From contig JBBDZC010000012.1 in assembly GCA_040900375.1 (NCBI GenBank), positions 39,301-103,300 of the forward strand: DNA of 64,000 nucleotides, read 5' to 3'. Shown here in pieces: positions 56,498 through 64,000 of the stretch. Made by a program: the position numbers and the translations under genes. The DNA is from Candidatus Anderseniibacteriota bacterium. Its GTDB lineage: Bacteria; Patescibacteriota; Andersenbacteria; UBA10190. Position 1 is the stretch's first letter, and the number at the start of each line of letters is the position of its first letter. The notes under the pieces are model-generated. The model saw only the letters and a program-made list of their open reading frames with translations. It was not told where the DNA came from and did not search any database.

Positions 56498-56992
56498 CTA
56501 GTCGCTGGGAAGGTAGGTAATAATACTACCTACATTGATGCCATATTCACGAGCCTTGCCCGCCCCCACTTCTAGAACTCCATCAACCGGTCGCGGCGAG
56601 CGATAGATTGGTGGCGGTAGAGTGATACTTTCATCAATTACCGGCACGTTCTCTTCAATACCGATTACGCTTCCTTGAGAAACCCAGACAATATCAATTG
56701 GTATAAGCATGCCTTTCATCCAGTAGCGAGCCTCTTGGAGCTCGGTATAAGGAAAGTACATGCCTCGCCACTGCGGTATCGCAGAGCACCCAGCTAAACC
56801 CTGCTGCCGCTCCACCTCATTATCAGCAAGAGCCACGCGAAAGGTCTTGCCATTAACGCTTATTTTTCCCTCGGAAAAATCCCGGCATGTTTCCGTGGCG
56901 TTCAGGCTGCCATTTATGACTAGTAGGCCGACGATAATAATAACCACGACGCCTGTAGTAATCCCTAGTCCACCCAAGATCACACGGCTCAT
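56498..56992 (-). CDS. DUF192-domain protein (COG1430)
   Basis: N-terminal TM, then ...FRVALADNEVERQQGLAG...MLIPIDIVWVSQGSVIGIEENVP typical of DUF192. Confidence 0.6.
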   Translation of the reverse strand: MSRVILGGLGITTGVVVIIIVGLLVINGSLNATETCRDFSEGKISVNGKTFRVALADNEVERQQGLAGCSAIPQWRGMYFPYTELQEARYWMKGMLIPIDIVWVSQGSVIGIEENVPVIDESITLPPPIYRSPRPVDGVLEVGAGKAREYGINVGSIITYLPSD

Positions 56993-58053
56993 ACCGAGGA
57001 GCGACTACGGGCCTGTTGGTAAATCAAACTGGCAATAACTAGCGTCAACATACAGCCAGCAATCAGGAAGGCAATAATCTTAGCTCTGGTCTGTAGGGTA
57101 ATGGCGCCAATTCCCAAACCCACACTCAATAATGTGCCGAGGATAGCAATACTGCGCGCTTGGAAACCGGCGGAGAGTAAGCGGTGGTGAAAATGGCGAA
57201 CGGTATCGCCGTGCCAAGGAATCTGCCGTGCCCAGAGACGCGCGATAATTACTGCCAACATATCAATGACCGGCAACGCCAGTACGAGCAGGGTGGTAAC
57301 AATTTTACCGCCACCCACAATAGCAATCATGCCAATGTACAACCCTAAAAACCAGCTGCCACTCGTGCCTAAGTAGACCCGGGCGGGGGGAAAGTTCCAC
57401 AGCAAAAATCCTAACACGCCGCCCGCGCCAATGGCTGCTAAGGCTAAAGTAGTGCTGTCTTGAACAGACGGAAGCAGGCTCACTGCCCCGAGGGTGAAAA
57501 AAGTAACGACCCCCACTCCCCCGGCTAAGCCATCAATGCCATCGAGCCAGTTAACGGCGTTCATAAGAAACACGAGCCAGATAATTGCTAGTAGTGCTCC
57601 CGGCAGAACCAGTGACCCAATCGTATACGAGTTAAGACTGATCACGCCCGATTCCCATGGGTTACTAATTTCCCGAATCGTCCACCCCCACCCCACGGCG
57701 ATTGTGGCAATCACGATTTGCCAGACAAACTGTCTGCTGGCGGGCAACTTAACATGTTCATCAATAATACCAATCAGCAGGGTGAGGAAAGCACTGGCGA
57801 GTAAGCCAATTCGTAAATAAACATCATCTAAGACGATGTATCCGAGCAAACTAATCACGCCGATGACCATAGCCCCACCGAAGTAAACCTGAGGGTGCTC
57901 AATATGGGCTCGAAGAGAAAAAGGACTAAGGCGTAGCAGGGCAGCAAATAAGCCAAAGACTAAAATAAAGCTGCTGCCAAACAAGAGGAGGTGCGAAAGG
58001 GTGAGAGGAGTTAGATCAAGAAGCATACGGAGACTATAGTTGACATAGTGCAA
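56989..58053 (-). CDS. Glycosyltransferase family 4 polyprenyl-phosphate N-acetylhexosamine-1-phosphate transferase (WecA/TagO/MraY family)
   Basis: Polytopic, with the conserved NAVNWLDGIDGLAGG motif. It is not in a dcw cluster, so it is WecA/TagO-like rather than MraY. Confidence 0.8.
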   Translation of the reverse strand: MHYVNYSLRMLLDLTPLTLSHLLLFGSSFILVFGLFAALLRLSPFSLRAHIEHPQVYFGGAMVIGVISLLGYIVLDDVYLRIGLLASAFLTLLIGIIDEHVKLPASRQFVWQIVIATIAVGWGWTIREISNPWESGVISLNSYTIGSLVLPGALLAIIWLVFLMNAVNWLDGIDGLAGGVGVVTFFTLGAVSLLPSVQDSTTLALAAIGAGGVLGFLLWNFPPARVYLGTSGSWFLGLYIGMIAIVGGGKIVTTLLVLALPVIDMLAVIIARLWARQIPWHGDTVRHFHHRLLSAGFQARSIAILGTLLSVGLGIGAITLQTRAKIIAFLIAGCMLTLVIASLIYQQARSRSSV

Positions 58054-58154
58054 TTGTTGTTGTCCGATATCGTAATCTAGGAATTAACATCATAAAGCTG
58101 TCTGCTGTTTAGGTGTACAACGTTTCTTTTACCCTAACAACCCTCTCTAAAAAT

Positions 58155-59837
58155 TCAAATATTCTTGCTCTTAGCTAGAGCTATGTGGGGCCGACGAGAC
58201 TTTTGCATGACATTAAACTCAAGATCGCGGCCCAAGAACAGTCTGGTTTCAGCATCCAGGGCCGGTAAAGCGGAAAGCACGGCGGCAATCAGGGGCACGA
58301 GCGCCCACTGCAACATAATACCGAGGTAACGCCAGCGGCTGTATGCCTGCGGTCGCGGAGGGAGAAGCAGGAGTGAGAGAGTAGTCGAGATAAGTAAGCC
58401 AACCATGGCAATAGACACAATCGTGCGAGCAACAAAGGGTAAACTATACGACAGCACCGTTGCGTGAAATTCTGGTCCGCCAAAAAAAATGGGGAGCCAG
58501 CCGAGACCGGCAATAATAATAGGCGCTGTGGCCCAGGAATGATGACCTTCAAGAGTGCGGAAAATATAGGTAAACTTGGTGCGGAAGGAAATCTGCTTCT
58601 GGCGGAGAAACCCTTCGGCAATATAAGGAAAGTTTTCGATCCCCCAGGCCCAGCGACGCTTTTGCTTATACTGGTTCTTCAGCGTTTGCCACCAGTTTCC
58701 TGCCAGGGCGGCATCCATGGAAACAGTCGTGTATAAAGGTTCGGTGCGGTAATGACCATGGTAATGAAGCAAACACTGCCAAAAAATGCGCGAATCTTCG
58801 GAAACAATATTTTTCTGCCAATAGCCGACTTCCTGGAGCGCTCTAAGCGTCATAGAGTGACTCGAGAATGTCACCAGACGTTCGGGCCGAGTCGATTCTA
58901 TCATCTGCCAAAAGGTCGAACCGGTAGCGATAACCCGGGAAAAGGCTGGGGCATCCCATAAGTTATTATTGTACATAGGCAGCGGCTGGTAGCTGACGCG
59001 GTAGCGGTCAGGATGGGTGATGAAAGTATAGGTTAAAAGAGAAAAATAAGAAGGGTTAACAACTGTATCGCTATCAAAGTTACTCACGAGAATATGCGCT
59101 ACCGGAATCCCCAAGCGCTGCAGCTCAACCTCCATATGTTTGAGTGCCCACGTGGCATTAGCGCTCTTGACACGCGCCTCGCCCGGTAAGCCATCAGGAT
59201 GAAAGGTAATCAAGAGAGTCCCAAACTTGGCGGCAAATTCACGCTGCAAGGCTGCTGACTTTTCCTGTGCCGGCTTGCCAACGCGCTCTTCGAAACCAAT
59301 CACCACATGCAGCCGCTCCTGCGGGTAATCAACTGCGGCGAGTGAGGCTAAAGAGGTCCGCAGAACTGCTAGTGATTCATCATAGGTCGGCAGGATTACC
59401 ACGTGGTGAATTTTTTCCCAGTTTAAGGGTTCTTCACCTCGTTGGCGCAAGTTTTCTACTTCTGTAAGATGCTGGCGCAATATCGCCTGCTCGTCGAGCG
59501 AACCTGCCGCTGCCGTTAAGCGTGCACGCAAGTGCTGGCAATAGTCTGTAAGATCGCCCGAGACCCCTTGGCAACGCTTGATCCAATTAACGCTCCGTTC
59601 GCGCCCTAAGCGCCGATACGCATACACAAGGTGAACGGACATATACACGCCGCGGATCAAAGCGTACAAATCATAAATAATAATGAAAATAGCAATCCAA
59701 AAAGGAATGATGAAAGCCAAGACTGACAGACCAATCAGGGTGCCCCATGACAACGTTGCTGGAATGATTTGAAAAAATCTCCGGCGCAGCGCGACCGGGT
59801 TAACTTCAATCACCCATTGTCCGGAAGACTTGATCAT
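58155..59837 (-). CDS. Processive family-2 glycosyltransferase (cellulose-synthase-like)
   Basis: ILPTYDES..., D-S-D (LVSNFDSDTVV), and Q-x-x-R-W (KQKRRWAWG), with TM helices at both ends. Confidence 0.75.
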   Translation of the reverse strand: MIKSSGQWVIEVNPVALRRRFFQIIPATLSWGTLIGLSVLAFIIPFWIAIFIIIYDLYALIRGVYMSVHLVYAYRRLGRERSVNWIKRCQGVSGDLTDYCQHLRARLTAAAGSLDEQAILRQHLTEVENLRQRGEEPLNWEKIHHVVILPTYDESLAVLRTSLASLAAVDYPQERLHVVIGFEERVGKPAQEKSAALQREFAAKFGTLLITFHPDGLPGEARVKSANATWALKHMEVELQRLGIPVAHILVSNFDSDTVVNPSYFSLLTYTFITHPDRYRVSYQPLPMYNNNLWDAPAFSRVIATGSTFWQMIESTRPERLVTFSSHSMTLRALQEVGYWQKNIVSEDSRIFWQCLLHYHGHYRTEPLYTTVSMDAALAGNWWQTLKNQYKQKRRWAWGIENFPYIAEGFLRQKQISFRTKFTYIFRTLEGHHSWATAPIIIAGLGWLPIFFGGPEFHATVLSYSLPFVARTIVSIAMVGLLISTTLSLLLLPPRPQAYSRWRYLGIMLQWALVPLIAAVLSALPALDAETRLFLGRDLEFNVMQKSRRPHIALAKSKNI

Positions 59838-59839
59838 TA

Positions 59840-60205
59840 CTAAAAATTAACCTGCCACAAGAGGTAAAAAGAAAGCAGCATAATCAATTGCAAAACTGGC
59901 ATAATACTCCATAAAACCCACGCGGCGCGGTGATCAGCGCGCAAGACTGCGATTCCCACCACTGTATTAAAAATCAGGATTAATGAGCCAATCAATGGCA
60001 GGACAATAATCTGCTCGCCTTCACCGATGAAGTCAATACCCACGTCAATGGAATAGTGTAAAACAACAGCCGGATCATGGCGGGGAAAAGCGAGTAAGGC
60101 AGCCGCCCAAAGGGCACCATTTAAAAGAACACTCCAGCCCAGCACAATAAAAAATATGCGCACGAGCGCAGTGGAGAGATAGGGTTTCAAGAAAGGCAGT
60201 GCCAT
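59840..60205 (-). CDS. Small 4-TM membrane protein co-transcribed with the GT2 gene
   Basis: 121 aa, four hydrophobic segments, starting 2 nt after the upstream stop. Confidence 0.4.
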   Translation of the reverse strand: MALPFLKPYLSTALVRIFFIVLGWSVLLNGALWAAALLAFPRHDPAVVLHYSIDVGIDFIGEGEQIIVLPLIGSLILIFNTVVGIAVLRADHRAAWVLWSIMPVLQLIMLLSFYLLWQVNF

Positions 60206-60206
60206 A

Positions 60207-61559
60207 CTACAACCCTTCTTTCTCGTATTCCTTAGCGACGGCCATTACCCTATCACCATACCAGGTAAACCGCTGCCAATTAGGTCCGGCTAAATAGCGA
60301 TTGACAGCTTCGTACTCACCGGCCGGGCTAGTCGCGCCTCTATCAGCGAGAAAAATGGCCGTGGCGACAAAGGCATCAGTCAGTTCATAAGGATTAGGTT
60401 GGGCTTTATTCATGAGCTGTCCTACACGCGCTTCAATCACTTCCCATGTAGCGGGCATAAACTGACCAGGGCCCATCGCGCCTCCCCATCCCTGGTAGCT
60501 GCGGGGTCGCGCAGAGATTGGTGCCTGCTGGGGATCAAGCCCAAGCTTTTTGGTAATACGCAGAAAGGCTTCGCGACTACCAGGATGCATATCGTCAGGA
60601 AAGACACCACTGCCGATATTCGTACCCAAATTAGTTTCAACTTTTAAGACACCTAACAGGAGCGCGGCGCGCACTCCCGTGAGCTTACTTGCATAGCGCG
60701 CGATATCAGTGGCCTCGGTTAAGGTGAGCTTAATCCCTGAATTTTTTAAGGTGAAAATATCTTGTTCAATTTCCTGGCGGGCGAGGCGCGCCTCGGCGAG
60801 GCGATTGTCATACTCGACTTGTTGTTGCTTTTTCGCGCGCAGGAATTTTTCCTGCTCGCCTTGTTGGGAAGATAGTTCCTGCTGTTGACTGGCTAATAAT
60901 TGTTGCAAGGTGCTTAAATCTTGCTCTTGGACCTCTAATTCATTTTGTTTCTTTGATAAATCTTCTTCGTGCGCCCGCAGCTCATGCACTAAGGTAATAT
61001 GGCGATCTTGGAGTGTTTGATAGGCTGCCCGCGCGCTCAAGACTTCACCGAGACTGCCGGTATCAAAGAAGAGGCGAATGAGTGACTGTTGTTCATGCTC
61101 ATACAGGAGACGAATCAACGCTCGTAGTTGCTGGCGCTTTGTCTGCACATTGCCTTGCAAATCCTCAATTCTTTCAGTCGTTACTGTCTGCTCTTCGCGC
61201 ACCACGTGAATGGTTAACTGGGTTTGCTTCAACTCAAGTTGAGCTTTTTGCAGTTGGCGCTGGAGGCGCGTGAGCTGGTCAGCAATTAGTGCGGCTTCGG
61301 CTTGCGTCGTATCGCTTCGGGATTGCAGCAGGCGGATCTTTTCATCGAGCGCGGCAATTTCTTCGCGCTTGGTTGCCACTTCCTCTTGATTCTTTTCTAA
61401 TTCCTTAAGCGCCACCGAGGCTTGGTCACTATCAGGATTACTACTAGGAGTGGGACTAGGGATTGGTGTTTCCTGGGCCTGCAGTGGCCCGGGGATAAGC
61501 ATGACCACGGCGATCCACAGCCCACTGATGATTATCCTCTTGCAAGAATAAGGCCTCAT
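60207..61559 (-). CDS. Secreted coiled-coil protein with C-terminal MltB-like lytic transglycosylase domain
   Basis: Signal peptide, about 250 aa of Gln/Glu/Leu-rich coiled coil, and a C-terminal YQGWGGAMGPGQFMPATW matching the MltB family GAMGPMQFMPSTW motif. Confidence 0.6.
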   Translation of the reverse strand: MRPYSCKRIIISGLWIAVVMLIPGPLQAQETPIPSPTPSSNPDSDQASVALKELEKNQEEVATKREEIAALDEKIRLLQSRSDTTQAEAALIADQLTRLQRQLQKAQLELKQTQLTIHVVREEQTVTTERIEDLQGNVQTKRQQLRALIRLLYEHEQQSLIRLFFDTGSLGEVLSARAAYQTLQDRHITLVHELRAHEEDLSKKQNELEVQEQDLSTLQQLLASQQQELSSQQGEQEKFLRAKKQQQVEYDNRLAEARLARQEIEQDIFTLKNSGIKLTLTEATDIARYASKLTGVRAALLLGVLKVETNLGTNIGSGVFPDDMHPGSREAFLRITKKLGLDPQQAPISARPRSYQGWGGAMGPGQFMPATWEVIEARVGQLMNKAQPNPYELTDAFVATAIFLADRGATSPAGEYEAVNRYLAGPNWQRFTWYGDRVMAVAKEYEKEGL

Positions 61560-61570
61560 AGCACTTCGCG

Positions 61571-62023
61571 TTAGCGCCTAATACCCAGCCCTCGGATCCA
61601 CTCTTGCCACCCACTGGTTGATCCGGTTTCCTCTTGGAATTTAATCCACGCCTCTTGCGGTGTCACCAAAGCTACACCTGCCACTTCGCCCAGCTGTAAG
61701 AGGTGGTGATCTTGCGTGACAAGTAAATCTGCTTGCCCTCCTACGGCCGCAGCCACGAACTTATAATCGTCCTCATCATCAATGGTGATGTCTACAAGAG
61801 CTGGCTCCACGGCTTCAGTGGCGGCAATGAATTCGGCAATCTGTTGGTGGTATTGCTCATTATCAATGCGCCGACGCAAAATCAGGCGATACTCGCGCAC
61901 TGTCGGGGGTGTGGCTAGAGCCGTAAGCTTGCCCGCGCAGACAGCCTTAATCAACTGGGCCTGTGCGTTAAAATCATCGAGGTAGCCATCAATTAAAACA
62001 TTCGTGTCTAAAACAACACGCAT
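61571..62023 (-). CDS. PIN-domain protein (VapC-like, TIGR00305-type)
   Basis: MRVVLDTNVLI... N-terminal Asp and downstream acidic residues (DITIDDEDD, TQD). 150 aa. No adjacent antitoxin gene. Confidence 0.65.
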   Translation of the reverse strand: MRVVLDTNVLIDGYLDDFNAQAQLIKAVCAGKLTALATPPTVREYRLILRRRIDNEQYHQQIAEFIAATEAVEPALVDITIDDEDDYKFVAAAVGGQADLLVTQDHHLLQLGEVAGVALVTPQEAWIKFQEETGSTSGWQEWIRGLGIRR

Positions 62024-62171
62024 ATATCAAATCGTAAATCTTCTATCAAAAAACTCAAAGTCATTATTTTACAGGTGCCAAGAATTTTCGTTATCACAAG
62101 ACATGACGGGTTTCTACTAACTGTGCAAAAGTAATCTATAGGTCAAGGCTAGTATGTGGTATTATTTAAAT

Positions 62172-62185
62172 TGTTCGTACAAACA
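62172..62185. promoter_or_regulatory. Candidate LexA operator (imperfect palindrome TGTTCGTACAAACA)
   Basis: GTTC-N4-GAAC-like dyad about 90 nt upstream of lexA, related to GAAC-N4-GTTC Cheo-type boxes. Confidence 0.3.
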
Positions 62186-62274
62186 TTTCTCATCCTTCGT
62201 GTTAATTTTGTATGCCTAAGGATTGAGCCCCTAGTTTTTTCTCTTCCTTTTTATTAATTAACTTTTATGTTTCT

Positions 62275-62883
62275 ATGGCTTATAGCGACTTGACCAAGCG
62301 GCAAAGTGAGACCCTCGATTGCATCCGCAACTTTTTAGCCCAGCACAACTATGCGCCCAGTTATCGCGACATTATGAAGGACACTGGCATTAGTTCTCCC
62401 GCCACCGCCTACGCTCATGTCCAGGCACTGCGGGACAAGGGTTATCTTAAATTACGGGATGGGCAAATGCGCTCGGTAGAACTAACAGAGAAATCTAATA
62501 TGTTCACGCGCGGTATTGAGTTGCCGCTGGTAGGTGCCATTGCGGCGGGAGAGCCGATCGAGGCTATTGAGAATAAGGAAAGCATCGCTGTGCCGCTCGA
62601 ACTCTTGCCTAATCTTAATTGTTATGCCCTGCAAGTTAAGGGTGACTCCATGATTGAGGATGGTATTCTCGACGGCGATTACGTGATCGTGGAGCGCAAT
62701 TTTTATCCCAATAATGGTGATGTGGTAGTGGCCTTAATTAGTAATGAGAATGCGACCCTCAAGCGCTACTACCGGGAGAAAACCCGGATTCGACTACAGC
62801 CAGCTAATAAAAACATGAAGCCTATTTACACTCGTAACCCTGTGATTCAAGGCATTGTTCGGGGGGTGCTGCGCCGGTATTAA
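62275..62883 (+). CDS. lexA: SOS repressor LexA
   Basis: N-terminal winged HTH and a C-terminal S24 peptidase with VGAIAAGEPIEA cleavage region, Ser in GDSM and Lys in TLKRY. Confidence 0.9.
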   Translation: MAYSDLTKRQSETLDCIRNFLAQHNYAPSYRDIMKDTGISSPATAYAHVQALRDKGYLKLRDGQMRSVELTEKSNMFTRGIELPLVGAIAAGEPIEAIENKESIAVPLELLPNLNCYALQVKGDSMIEDGILDGDYVIVERNFYPNNGDVVVALISNENATLKRYYREKTRIRLQPANKNMKPIYTRNPVIQGIVRGVLRRY

Positions 62884-62962
62884 AAGGCTGCAGCTAGCTT
62901 TTGACTTTGGCGCAGTATCGCTCTAGAGTAGAAGGCGTGTTCTTTCCTAGAAGATTGCCTTT

Positions 62963-63295
62963 ATGAAGGATAGCTACGTGGCTCAACAATTTCCTGGAGT
63001 GTGGATACAAATTGCCGGTAACTCTAAGCGCATTAAAGGATGCGAGCCGCCACCTCACTGGCGCTACCGTATCAACGACACATCCGCCGAAGTCTTTCTT
63101 CTCTCCTCCTGGGCGGCGATCGGTGAAGCCACCCCTGAAAATCATACTCAAGGTACTAACTCTTCCGCTAAAGGCGAGGAGTTTATCGCCTGGGTACTGT
63201 ACTTTGGTGATGTGGAAATAGACACCACGGGTCATGCTACGATTCGGCTGAAAACACCCTCGGCACCATTGCCCAAAAGCTTCCGTGGAAAATAG
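62963..63295 (+). CDS. Hypothetical protein (one of two mutually exclusive overlapping ORFs; strand unresolved)
   Basis: The 110-aa plus ORF overlaps the 113-aa minus ORF (62894..63235). Neither has a recognisable motif. Confidence 0.2.
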   Translation: MKDSYVAQQFPGVWIQIAGNSKRIKGCEPPPHWRYRINDTSAEVFLLSSWAAIGEATPENHTQGTNSSAKGEEFIAWVLYFGDVEIDTTGHATIRLKTPSAPLPKSFRGK

Positions 63296-63327
63296 CCCTT
63301 ACGTGTAAACGCCAGGGCTTTTCTTTT

Positions 63328-64000
63328 TCATGACTCTATTGATTCACCTTCAGACAAGCCTGCCGCCGGGGTAGTTGTCTCAATTTGGTCTAAGCGATTG
63401 GAGAATTTATCTAAGCGGCGGGCGGAATCGTCAAAACGGTTTTTAGCATTCCCCAAGTGCTTACCGACCATAGTGAAATCATCAGCGAATTGTTTAAAAT
63501 CATGCCGGACTGTATTTAAGGCTTGCAAGATCTCGCGGGCCTGTTGTTGGATCTTCATGCCGCGGAGCCCCAGTAAAATAGTTTGCAGGTACGCCAGAAA
63601 ACTATTAGGGGAAACCGGAATGACCTTATGGCTTAAGCAAAATTCCCATAAACTCTCCCCTGCCGGATCATGGACCATGGTTTCGTAGTATACGCCTTCA
63701 ATGGGAATATACATAAATGCGAATTCTAAAGTTTTTTCGGTCGGGGCAATGTACTTGCGAGCGATGTCAGTAATATGTTTCTTGATATCGCGCCGGAAGG
63801 ATTGGCGCGCCAAAGCCTTGCGCTCTGGAGTTCGCTCATCCATGAAAAGTTGGTAATTAGCGAGCGGAAATTTAGCATCAATCGCCACGATGTAGCCGTC
63901 CTGGAGGCGAATAATCGCATCGGCAATCTCCCCGCTGCTGGGCAACGTAAACTGGGTAGCATAACGATCATGGGGTAAAACATCGGCGAGCAAATTGGTC
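63328..64000 (-). CDS. rmuC: DNA recombination protein RmuC, C-terminal part (5' end off-window; the listed 63993 start is internal)
   Basis: The C-terminal RmuC nuclease-like domain pattern (...IDAKFPL...YIPIEGVYYE...). The frame stays open to the window end. Confidence 0.75.
   Translation of the reverse strand, partial: TNLLADVLPHDRYATQFTLPSSGEIADAIIRLQDGYIVAIDAKFPLANYQLFMDERTPERKALARQSFRRDIKKHITDIARKYIAPTEKTLEFAFMYIPIEGVYYETMVHDPAGESLWEFCLSHKVIPVSPNSFLAYLQTILLGLRGMKIQQQAREILQALNTVRHDFKQFADDFTMVGKHLGNAKNRFDDSARRLDKFSNRLDQIETTTPAAGLSEGESIES

Noticed and set aside
62894-63235. 113-aa minus-strand ORF overlapping the 110-aa plus-strand ORF
   Set aside because: It cannot be resolved from sequence alone. 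Neither ORF has motifs or a Shine-Dalgarno. Only the plus-strand ORF was listed, at very low confidence.

Overview
This 64 kb window is a compact, gene-dense bacterial chromosomal segment. Most of it is about 52-55% GC, with AT-rich patches, and it consists largely of housekeeping genes:

- Translation, replication and repair: prfB (5' end off-window), gltX, aspS, cysS, rpmA, rplI, rplU, pyrG, dnaB, recR, lexA, a priA homolog, and rmuC (5' end off-window).
- Cell division: ftsE and ftsX.
- Pentose-phosphate block: rpiB, rpe and a split transketolase (N-terminal and C-terminal halves as separate genes).
- Heat-shock operon: hrcA-grpE-dnaK-(membrane protein)-dnaJ, with a perfect CIRCE operator upstream.
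- Cell envelope and glycan genes: uppS, a TagA/WecG-like gene, a WecA-like GT4, a cellulose-synthase-like GT2, an M23 peptidase, and a coiled-coil protein with a MltB-like C-terminal domain.
- Three tRNAs on the minus strand: Arg-CCG, Gln-CTG and Lys-TTT.

Gene content (split transketolase, many signal-anchored Pro/Ser-rich surface proteins, TagA/WecA) suggests a small-genome, Gram-positive-like or Patescibacteria-like organism, but this is inference.

Loci worth a second look:

1. A riboswitch-led surface operon (4605-8100, minus strand). A 5' leader that reads like a cobalamin riboswitch with an intrinsic terminator precedes an operon encoding two DUF4430-like proteins; one is fused to prenyltransferase-like alpha/alpha-toroid repeats, the other is membrane-anchored. 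An ECF S-component-like membrane protein gene sits immediately downstream, across a 3-nt gap, on the same strand. I read this as a B12-capture system.
2. An AT-rich (~35-45% GC) island abutting the 3' end of tRNA-Gln (10830-13680). It encodes a zinc-ribbon + DUF4145-like protein translationally coupled to a 3-TM membrane protein, a divergent small putative regulator, and a perfect 7-N3-7 palindrome between them. This is a candidate uncharacterised defence or abortive-infection module.
3. A PriA homolog (19216-21117) whose Walker A, DEEH and arginine-finger motifs are all degenerate while the Cys4 zinc region is intact. It is flanked by two near-identical ~98-bp MITE-like direct repeats.
4. A family of 8-bp-stem hairpin repeats (CCACGGGC-N4-GCCCGTGG), including a pair embedded in or upstream of the NUDIX gene start.
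5. A high-GC orphan gene followed by a ~950-bp AT-rich gene desert (28461-30160).
6. A ~1-kb gene-free, hairpin-rich region upstream of aspS (38880-39917).

No CRISPR arrays, transposases, integrases or rRNA genes were seen. Hand-derived coordinates (tRNAs, repeats, refined starts) may be off by about 1 nt.
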